In this document: positions 56,908-64,000 of the stretch, piece after piece
How the letters are laid out: each line of letters begins with the position of its first letter
Numbering within the stretch: position 1 is the first letter of the stretch
Origin: an uncultured Alphaproteobacteria bacterium
Lineage (GTDB): Bacteria > Electryoneota > RPQS01
Assembly (NCBI GenBank): GCA_964444755.1
Contig: CAYUIF010000002.1
Span: forward strand, 1-64,000
Reading direction: 5' to 3'
DNA: 64,000 bases
Made by a program: the position numbers and the translations under genes
Notes under the pieces: model-generated
The model's input: only the letters and a program-made list of their open reading frames with translations
Databases searched by the model: none
What the model was told of the DNA's origin: nothing

Positions 56908-59900
56908 ATCTGACTGAAGTCTGCGTTCGCAAGCCGGTTCTGGCGTGGATGCTGATGGCGGGCACGATCGTGTTCGGGATCGTGGCGCTGTCGCGGATCG
57001 GAATCAGTCAGTTCCCCGATGTGGATTTTCCCACGATTACCGTCCGGATTACGTGGGAAGGGGCGGCTCCTGAGGTGATGGAGAACGACGTCGTTGAGAT
57101 CATCGAAGAAGCCGTTTCGCAAGTCGAGGGGATCAAGAATATCACATCGGTTTCGCGGCAGGGAAATGCATCGGTTACGATCGAACTCGATCTGTCCCGC
57201 AACGTGGACGTGGCGCTGCAGGACGTGCAAACCCGCGTTGCACAAGCTCAGCGACGGCTGCCTCGCGATATTGATCCGCCGGTGGTATCCAAATCCAATC
57301 CCGAAGACAATCCAATCATGTGGATCGGACTGTCGGGACCGTTTACGCAGCAACTTATGAGCGATATTGCAAAATATCGCATACAAGAGAAGCTGCAAAC
57401 GATCCCCGGGATCGGCGAGATCATGATGGGCGGCTGGCTGGAACGCAATATCCGCATCTGGATTGACGGCAGCAAGCTGGACGAAAAGGGTTTGACCGTA
57501 TCGGATGTGGCCAACGCGCTGCAGCGCGAGCATGTCGAGTTGCCGGCGGGTCGGCTGGAATCTACGGGCCGCGAAGTGAGCATTCGGGTGATGGGGGAGG
57601 CGCTGGATCTGGAAACGCTACGGCAGATTGTCGTGAAGGATTTGCCAGGCGGTGCGATATATCTGAAAGATGTGGCGGTGGTTGAGGATGGATTTGAGGA
57701 CGTGCGGCGGTTATCCCGGGTTAACGGCATGCCCGCACAGGGCATCGGAATCAAGAAACAGCGCGGCGCCAATGCAGTGGCCGTAGCACAAGCCATTCGC
57801 GGAATGCTGACGGAAATCCAAGCCACGCTGCCGGAAGGTATGGAAATCGGCATTAACTTTGACTCGACGGTGTTCATTGAGGATTCGGTTCATGAAATCC
57901 AATTGGAGTTAGTGCTTTCGGTATTGTTGACGGCGCTGGTCTGTTGGTTGTTCTTAGGCTCGATATCCAATGCGTTGAACGTGGTGCTGGCGATTCCGAT
58001 GTCGCTGTTCGGCACCATCGCGGTTATTTACTTCCTTGGATTTACGCTGAACACGTTCACGCTGTTGGGATTGGCACTGGCCGTGGGAATTGTGGTGGAT
58101 GACGCCATTATGGTGCTCGAAAACATTGTGCGGCACGCCGAAATGGGGAAGAGTAAGGTGCAGGCGGCGCTGGAAGGCACGCGCGAAATTACTTTTTCGG
58201 CGTTTTCAGCGACTTTAGCGGTGATTGCGATCTTCATTCCAGTGGTCTTCATGAAGGGAGTGATCGGCAAGTTCTTTCTGCAATTCGGAATCACGTTGTG
58301 CGTAGCGATTCTGCTTTCATATATCGAGGCGGTGACCTTGGCGCCGGCGCGGTGTTCGCAGATTCTGGATGTTTCGCGCGAACATCGCAGCCGACTTGGC
58401 CGGTGGGTGGATGACCTGTTTCAGCGGTTCAGCGGGAAATATTCCGGATTACTGAAGAAAGCGTTGCGGCGACCGGGCACGATTCTATCGGGAGCGGTAG
58501 TGATTTTCCTCGGGGCGTTGTTCATCTTGAAGGCGCTGCCCGGCGAATTCGTACCCTCGCAGGATCAAAGTCGCCTGATGATTCGCCTGCAAACGGCGGT
58601 CAGCTCGGATATCAACGAGACGGATCAGCTTTTCCAAAGAGCGGAAACCATGCTCGCCCAGCAGCCCAATGTCGAGCGGATTTTCACAGTGGTGGGCGGA
58701 TTCGGTGGCGGCAGTGTCAGCAGTGGCGTAATCTTCCTCACGCTGACGCCATCCAGTGAACGCAAGCAATCGCAGGCGGAAATCGCCACGAACTTACGAC
58801 AGAGTTTGAATTCTATTCCCGGCTTACGCGCGGTGGTGCAGGATCTTTCACAGCAAGGACTGACCGCCCAGCGCGGATTTCCAATTGAATTTTCAATTCG
58901 CGGACCGAACTGGCAGACGTTGGAAGAACTCAGCGGAGAAGCCACCGCGAAGCTAACGGCCAGCGGTCTGGCGGTGGACGTGGATACCGATTATCGGATC
59001 GGAGTCCCCGAACTGAGAATCATTCCGGATCGTGCCCGCTGCGCCGATTTGGGCATTTCCGTGGAAGATGTGGCGATGTCCATTAACTCGCTGGTGGGCG
59101 GCGAACGGGTGGGCAAGTACAGTTCAGGGGGGCGACGAGTGGACGTACGGATGCGCCTGATGGCGGAGCAACGCCGCCGCCCCGAAGATATTTCGCGGTT
59201 GCGGGTGCGAAGTCGCGGCGGCGAGTTGATTCCACTCTCATCGTTGGTTCGTTATGAGGAGCTTCCGGCGCTGCAGGCTATCACCCGCCGCGATCGCGAG
59301 CGGGCGATTTCCGTTTATGCTAACGTGGCTCCCGGACACTCGCAGGAAGAAGCGATTCGCTTTGTCGAGAATCTGACCGACGAACTGCCGCCCGGCTATC
59401 GCACGGTTTTGGGCGGATCGAGCGTTGCTTTCAAAGAATCCATGGGCAGCCTGTTGTTCGCGCTGCTGCTGGGAATCATCATTGCTTATATGGTATTGGC
59501 ATCGCAGTTCAATTCGTTTGCTCATCCGGTGACGATTCTGACGATTCTGCCCTTGTCGGTAGTGGGAGCCGCACTCGCGCTTTTGATCACGGGGAAATCG
59601 CTGAACATCTTCAGTATGATCGGTTTGCTGTTGCTGATGGGAATCGTCAAGAAAAATTCGATTATTCTGGTGGATTATGCCAATCAAAACCGCTTGCGCG
59701 GTCACGATGCCGAAACGGCAATGAAGATCGCGGGTCCCATTCGCCTGCGGCCGATTCTGATGACATCCATCGCGACGATGATGGCGGCGATTCCTCCGGC
59801 GCTGGGTTTGGGACCGGGAACGGAGATTCGTTCACCGATGGCGATTGCCGTGATTGGCGGTGTGTTTGTTTCCACGCTGCTCAGTTTGTTGGTCGTACCG

Positions 59901-60002
59901 GCATTCTACGTTCGGTTGGATCGGTGGCTGGCCGCAATGCGCAGAGCCTTGAAAATGGCTCCGGCTCACGAGGCGGCCGCTGAAGTGACGCATTCGGAGT
60001 AA
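56904..60002 (+). CDS. RND efflux permease (HAE1/AcrB family), second paralogue
   Basis: It spans 1032 aa with the same architecture as the first permease. The start overlaps the MFP stop. Confidence 0.9.
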   Translation: MNLTEVCVRKPVLAWMLMAGTIVFGIVALSRIGISQFPDVDFPTITVRITWEGAAPEVMENDVVEIIEEAVSQVEGIKNITSVSRQGNASVTIELDLSRNVDVALQDVQTRVAQAQRRLPRDIDPPVVSKSNPEDNPIMWIGLSGPFTQQLMSDIAKYRIQEKLQTIPGIGEIMMGGWLERNIRIWIDGSKLDEKGLTVSDVANALQREHVELPAGRLESTGREVSIRVMGEALDLETLRQIVVKDLPGGAIYLKDVAVVEDGFEDVRRLSRVNGMPAQGIGIKKQRGANAVAVAQAIRGMLTEIQATLPEGMEIGINFDSTVFIEDSVHEIQLELVLSVLLTALVCWLFLGSISNALNVVLAIPMSLFGTIAVIYFLGFTLNTFTLLGLALAVGIVVDDAIMVLENIVRHAEMGKSKVQAALEGTREITFSAFSATLAVIAIFIPVVFMKGVIGKFFLQFGITLCVAILLSYIEAVTLAPARCSQILDVSREHRSRLGRWVDDLFQRFSGKYSGLLKKALRRPGTILSGAVVIFLGALFILKALPGEFVPSQDQSRLMIRLQTAVSSDINETDQLFQRAETMLAQQPNVERIFTVVGGFGGGSVSSGVIFLTLTPSSERKQSQAEIATNLRQSLNSIPGLRAVVQDLSQQGLTAQRGFPIEFSIRGPNWQTLEELSGEATAKLTASGLAVDVDTDYRIGVPELRIIPDRARCADLGISVEDVAMSINSLVGGERVGKYSSGGRRVDVRMRLMAEQRRRPEDISRLRVRSRGGELIPLSSLVRYEELPALQAITRRDRERAISVYANVAPGHSQEEAIRFVENLTDELPPGYRTVLGGSSVAFKESMGSLLFALLLGIIIAYMVLASQFNSFAHPVTILTILPLSVVGAALALLITGKSLNIFSMIGLLLLMGIVKKNSIILVDYANQNRLRGHDAETAMKIAGPIRLRPILMTSIATMMAAIPPALGLGPGTEIRSPMAIAVIGGVFVSTLLSLLVVPAFYVRLDRWLAAMRRALKMAPAHEAAAEVTHSE

Positions 60003-60029
60003 CACAAGCGAGAATTCACAATTGTGAGC

Positions 60030-60062
60030 GGACAAGCCTTGCGCTTGTCCGTTTGCGTTTTA
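60030..60062 (+). terminator. Intrinsic terminator of RND operon 2
   Basis: GGACAAGC-CTTGC-GCTTGTCC is followed by GTTTGCGTTTT. Confidence 0.45.
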
Positions 60063-60142
60063 CGCTGAGAATTTAAACAAAAGTGACCCGTTTCAGACCT
60101 GTCGATGAGAAGGTATTATTTTTCTGCAGGTACAATAAAACC

Positions 60143-60171
60143 TTGACAAACGCTTGAAGTTATCTTATACT
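60143..60171 (+). promoter_or_regulatory. Consensus sigma70-like promoter (TTGACA-17-TATACT)
   Basis: The match is exact. It lies upstream of the CBM-protein gene. Confidence 0.5.
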
Positions 60172-60265
60172 TATTCTATTAAGGGTAGTAGCCCCTCTGG
60201 CATAAAAAAACACAAGACGCGAACGATAAAGAGTTGAATTTGTTTATTTTGTGGAGGACGATCGA

Positions 60266-61906
60266 ATGAAAAAGATCTTTGCTATTGCTGTGATTGCGCT
60301 GTTGGCTTTGTCAGCCTCCAGCAGCTTTGCATCCATCGGCTGGGCTGGAAACATCTATCCCTGCCATCTGAATTCCTACGCATCCAACCAAGACATCAGT
60401 GTTTACTTGCAGGTTTGGAAAGATGGCTGTACGCAAGGTGCAGGAGCCTGCCCGGGAATTGCCGCATGGCTCTACTATAAGAAGGCCACCGACGCACTTT
60501 ATGATTCGATTCCGATGCCCTATTGGGGTGAAGTCGGCAATAACGATGAATATCGCGGGATCATTCTTTCAGCATGGACGGAAGGTGATGTAAACGAGGA
60601 TTTCTACTGCCGAGCTTATGATTCCACAGACGGAACGTGGTATAATGGTGCACAAACGCAATATGATCCACCCTGTTCGAATTACCCCGGCCACAATCCA
60701 CCGCATTCATTAGTCATTACACCGGCGACCTCGCAGGATGTCACGGTCACGTTTCGCGTGGACATGAATTGCGTGAATCCGAGCTGGTTTGCCGGCGGTG
60801 TGTTTTTCACGGGTGATTTCTTAGGATGGAACACCTGCAATCCCAGTGGCGCGATGGTTGATCCGGAGCTCGATGGCATATGGGAAGGAACATACCTATT
60901 CGTTGCAGGTTCGAATCCTTCCGTACAATACAAATTCCAGCGCCATGACGGCGCCAACTGCAATTGGGAACCGGGCGGCAATAAGTCGTTCGTGATTGAC
61001 GATTCCCAGCCGACGCAAGTTTTGGATATCTATCCGTTCAACTGCGATACGTGGGGACCATGGGAAATCACCGGACCCGGTTCGTTCTGTGTGGGCTTGT
61101 GCTGCTGTCCGAATGAACGCTGGATTATGTTGAACACCATGTATGATTCGCCGGTTCTCAATGGTGTGACGATTGTTCCGGGCTGTGTGGACTGCGGCAA
61201 TCCCGACTGCGGTGCAGGGTTTGGGGATGTGGTATGGCGTCTTGAACTGGGCGGCGACAACAACTGGTACATGGTGTTGTGCCTCGAAGATCCGGTGGGC
61301 GCTCATGCTTATGCCGGATGCTTCTGCATTACCATTGATCAGATTCTGCCGGTGGAACTGGCGTCGTTCGATGCAACGGCCGGTGACGGCTTCGTAAGAT
61401 TGAACTGGGCCACCGTTAGCGAAACCGACAATGACTACTTCACGATCAAGCGCGATGGCGTGAATATCGCCCGGATCAACAGCCTGGGCAATACCGCTTC
61501 CGGTCATGAATATTCCTATACCGATGAAGGCGTGACCAACGGCGTGAGCTATTCCTATTCGCTGATTGCTGTTGATGTGAACGGTGCGCAGGAAGTGCTG
61601 GCTTCCGCGGAAGCCACACCGACGGCGGGTGCGAATCTGGCGAATGAATATGCGCTGAACCAGAACTACCCCAATCCCTTCAATCCCTCCACGACCATTT
61701 CCTTCTCGCTGAAGGAAGCGGGCAATGTCGTGGTTAAGGTGTTCAATATTACGGGTGAAGAAGTGGCGATGCTGGTGAACGAGTCGCGTCCGGCAGGAAG
61801 CTACTCAGTAGCCTTCGACGCAACGAACCTGCCCTCGGGCCTTTACTTCTATCGGATGGAAGCCGGTGACTTCAGTGCCACGCATAAGATGGTGCTGATG
61901 AAGTAG
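60266..61906 (+). CDS. T9SS-secreted carbohydrate-binding protein (CBM20-like starch-binding module, Fn3-like domain, T9SS C-terminal sorting domain)
   Basis: An ATG at 60266 has a GGAGGA ribosome-binding site, and a signal peptide follows. The CBM-like segment reads 'VTVTFRVDMN...FTGDFLGWNTCNP...DGIWEGTYL...VQYKFQ...NWEPGGNKSFVI'. The C-terminus 'YPNPFNPSTTISFSL...LYFYRMEAGDFSATHKMVLMK' is the sorting domain. Confidence 0.7.
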   Translation: MKKIFAIAVIALLALSASSSFASIGWAGNIYPCHLNSYASNQDISVYLQVWKDGCTQGAGACPGIAAWLYYKKATDALYDSIPMPYWGEVGNNDEYRGIILSAWTEGDVNEDFYCRAYDSTDGTWYNGAQTQYDPPCSNYPGHNPPHSLVITPATSQDVTVTFRVDMNCVNPSWFAGGVFFTGDFLGWNTCNPSGAMVDPELDGIWEGTYLFVAGSNPSVQYKFQRHDGANCNWEPGGNKSFVIDDSQPTQVLDIYPFNCDTWGPWEITGPGSFCVGLCCCPNERWIMLNTMYDSPVLNGVTIVPGCVDCGNPDCGAGFGDVVWRLELGGDNNWYMVLCLEDPVGAHAYAGCFCITIDQILPVELASFDATAGDGFVRLNWATVSETDNDYFTIKRDGVNIARINSLGNTASGHEYSYTDEGVTNGVSYSYSLIAVDVNGAQEVLASAEATPTAGANLANEYALNQNYPNPFNPSTTISFSLKEAGNVVVKVFNITGEEVAMLVNESRPAGSYSVAFDATNLPSGLYFYRMEAGDFSATHKMVLMK

Positions 61907-61932
61907 TCGGCATTGATCGTGTGACAATCTTC

Positions 61933-61962
61933 GGGGCGGCCAACTGGCCGCCCCGTTTCGTT
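61933..61962 (+). terminator. Intrinsic terminator
   Basis: GGGGCGGCC-AACT-GGCCGCCCC is followed by GTTTCGTT. Confidence 0.5.
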
Positions 61963-62052
61963 GGCGGCTTGCGTTGAACGATAGAATGGCTATATTATAT
62001 GTTTACGGAAAGCTGTGGTTAGACTGACAAAGCCTGACGGAAGGAAATCACG

Positions 62053-63441
62053 ATGCTTCACTTATTTCGAAAACGCTGGACATATTGTTTTGCGCTCCTT
62101 GTGTTGGTGTCTGCGGCATGCATCTTACCGGGGAAAATCGGCTATACCGCTCCGACCGATTCCAGCGCCATTGTCATCACTCATCCGGAGTGGTCAAGAA
62201 ATGCCGCGATCTACGAAGTAAATATCCGGCAATTTACGCCGGAAGGAACGCTGAAGGCGTTCGAAACGCATCTGCCGCGGCTGCGGGAATTGGGAGTGGA
62301 CATTCTCTGGCTCATGCCGATTCATCCCATCGGTGAAGTCAATCGCAAAGGGAGCTTGGGCAGCTATTATTCGGTACGCGATTACAAGACCGTAAATCCG
62401 GAATTCGGCACGCTGGACGATCTCAAGTCGGTTGTGAAGTCGGCACATGAATTGGGAATGTATGTTATTATTGACTGGGTGGCTAATCATTCGGCATGGG
62501 ATAATCCGTTAGCGGCCGAGCATCCCGATTGGTACACGCAGAATGAGCAGGGGCAGTTTGTTTCGCCCGTGCCTGACTGGCACGACGTGATCGACTTGAA
62601 CTATGATAATCCTGATTTACGCGAGTACATGATTGGTACCATGGAATACTGGCTGCGCGAAGCAGATTTGGATGGATTTCGCTGCGATGTGGCGGGTATG
62701 GTGCCGTGGGACTTCTGGAGTGAAGCGCGACAAGCATTGGACCAGATTAAACCGGTATTCATGCTGGCGGAGGATGAAGCGCCCGCCGCACATGAACACG
62801 GCTTCGATATGACCTATTCGTGGGAGTTATTCAAGCTGATGGCGGCGATTGCTAAAGGCGATAGCAACGCTAATACACTGCATCGCTATTTCGCGGAAGA
62901 AGTGAAACGCTATCCGCTGGATGCTTACCGCATGCGGTTTACGGATAATCACGATGAAAATTCATGGAATGGCACCGTGCGCGAACGGTTCGGCGATGGT
63001 GCGGCGGCGTTTGCCGTGCTGTGCGGTACGATTCCGGGAATGCCGCTGATTTACAGCGGGCAGGAGGCTGGGCTGGAAAAACGGCTGGACTTCTTCGAAC
63101 GCGATCCCATTGAATGGCAAGACAGTCCAATGCAGGAAATTTATCAAAAGTTGCTTGAGCTTAAGCACAATAATCCAGTGTTGGGAAACGGATCGTTTGG
63201 CGGCAGCATGCAGCGGATCAAGACCGACAAAGATCAGCAGGTATTCTCGTTTATCCGTCATAAGGACGAACAAGCCGTGCTGGTGATGGTAAACCTTTCC
63301 GGTTCGCCGCAAACCGTCCGAATGCTGGACGATCATTGCTACGGAGACTACCTGAATTGGTTTACGGGCGAGCCGTTCGGTCTTGCACACGGCACACAAA
63401 TCAATCTTGAACCGTGGGATTACCGGGTTTTGGTTCGTTGA
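62053..63441 (+). CDS. Secreted GH13-family alpha-amylase
   Basis: A signal peptide is present. The GH13 conserved regions read 'DWVANHSAWD', 'GFRCDVAGMVP' (nucleophile Asp), 'MLAEDEA' (acid/base Glu) and 'FTDNHDE'. Confidence 0.85.
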   Translation: MLHLFRKRWTYCFALLVLVSAACILPGKIGYTAPTDSSAIVITHPEWSRNAAIYEVNIRQFTPEGTLKAFETHLPRLRELGVDILWLMPIHPIGEVNRKGSLGSYYSVRDYKTVNPEFGTLDDLKSVVKSAHELGMYVIIDWVANHSAWDNPLAAEHPDWYTQNEQGQFVSPVPDWHDVIDLNYDNPDLREYMIGTMEYWLREADLDGFRCDVAGMVPWDFWSEARQALDQIKPVFMLAEDEAPAAHEHGFDMTYSWELFKLMAAIAKGDSNANTLHRYFAEEVKRYPLDAYRMRFTDNHDENSWNGTVRERFGDGAAAFAVLCGTIPGMPLIYSGQEAGLEKRLDFFERDPIEWQDSPMQEIYQKLLELKHNNPVLGNGSFGGSMQRIKTDKDQQVFSFIRHKDEQAVLVMVNLSGSPQTVRMLDDHCYGDYLNWFTGEPFGLAHGTQINLEPWDYRVLVR

Positions 63442-63462
63442 GGACCGCGTCAGGTGACCAAT

Positions 63463-64000
63463 ATGAAGAAATATCCGCTGCTTATCTTGTTCTTCTGGAT
63501 ATTCCCCGTCGTTTCCGATGCGGTATATTTAGGAGACTACACATCGCATGCCGAGCTTGATAACGGTTTGCTGATCTCGGCGGGGACTGCGCAGCTTTTC
63601 GTTAATTTCTATAACGAAGATATTGTCCGCATTGTTTTATCACCCGATGGAATTGCATGGCCGGAGAGTTCACTGGTGGTAGTGGCGGAGCCGGAAGATA
63701 TTAGTTGGCGGTACACGGATGTTGATTCGGCATTGATTCTGCACACAGCGAGCCTTGATTTACATATTCATAAACATCCGGTACGGTTGCGATTTGAAGT
63801 GGCCGGACAAACCCGGCTGTACGATGAGCAGGGCTTATGGTGGGAAGGCAGCGAGCGCGGGGTGCGGTTTGCCCTCGCATCCGGTGAACGGCTATACGGC
63901 GGCGGAGAACGCGCGATCAATATCAATCGTCGCGGGCAGTTATTGGACTCGTACAACCAACCACAATATTGCTATGGAGACGGAACGGCTGATATGAATA
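63463..64000 (+). CDS. Secreted glycoside hydrolase, probable GH31 N-terminal domain (partial, runs off the window end)
   Basis: An ATG at 63463 is followed by a signal peptide. 'VRFALASGERLYGGGERA' resembles the GH31 N-terminal beta-sandwich motif. The ORF is still open at 64000. Confidence 0.5.
   Translation, partial: MKKYPLLILFFWIFPVVSDAVYLGDYTSHAELDNGLLISAGTAQLFVNFYNEDIVRIVLSPDGIAWPESSLVVVAEPEDISWRYTDVDSALILHTASLDLHIHKHPVRLRFEVAGQTRLYDEQGLWWEGSERGVRFALASGERLYGGGERAININRRGQLLDSYNQPQYCYGDGTADMN

Noticed and set aside
60011-60035. The 14-nt exact match AATTGTGAGCGGA to the E. coli lac operator core, within the palindrome TCACAATTGTGA after RND operon 2
   Set aside because: There is no flanking vector or lacZ/lacI sequence. 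The match lies inside a local palindrome next to a native terminator. It is most likely coincidental and not cloning-vector contamination.

Overview
The window reads as a roughly 57% GC contig from a bacterium that encodes a type IX secretion system (T9SS), probably an FCB-group-related or candidate phylum. The evidence is Por_Secre_tail-type C-terminal sorting domains ('...YPNPFNPSTTI...K') on four secreted proteins. Many promoters fit a canonical sigma70-like TTGACA-N17-TAnAyT pattern.

From 1 to about 9.4 kb sit housekeeping-type genes: a three-gene operon (zinc-ribbon protein, SPFH/Band-7 protein with a SHOCT C-terminus, coiled-coil protein), a YHS/TRASH tandem-domain periplasmic protein divergent from a MarR regulator, a GNAT acetyltransferase, a PLP-dependent racemase-like enzyme, a sodium:solute symporter, an outer-membrane beta-barrel protein and a lipoprotein.

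tRNA-Lys(CUU) lies at 9506..9581 with its own consensus promoter and terminator. Immediately downstream is a degraded IS3-family insertion sequence remnant. After it comes a roughly 16 kb accessory block holding two giant secreted multidomain proteins of 2423 aa and 2227 aa. Further on are two more giant proteins, both S8 subtilisin-like peptidases of about 1460 aa and about 1690 aa. Together the four giants carry nine copies of a roughly 170-aa NIDO-like domain, plus domains resembling CarboxypepD_reg, Fn3, MAM-like beta-sandwich and PPC folds.

Other T9SS cargo includes an SBBP beta-propeller protein, a BNR/Ycf48-like propeller protein and a CBM20-like starch-binding protein. The CBM20-like protein sits next to a GH13 alpha-amylase gene and a partial GH31 gene. 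There are three rubrerythrin or ferritin-like genes. There are also two RND efflux operons, the first with a TetR regulator and a TolC-like channel.

Non-coding structure worth attention:
- a roughly 170-nt conserved intergenic element in two copies, each framed by intrinsic terminators (candidate sRNA);
- a hairpin element in two copies whose stems differ by compensatory changes;
- a decayed repeat resembling the tRNA-Lys anticodon arm and 3' flank at the far edge of the accessory block (candidate island boundary);
- a 33-nt direct repeat flanking one protease gene;
- nested GC-rich palindromes at the contig start;
- operator-like palindromes.

No CRISPR array, rRNA gene or intact transposase or integrase gene was found.
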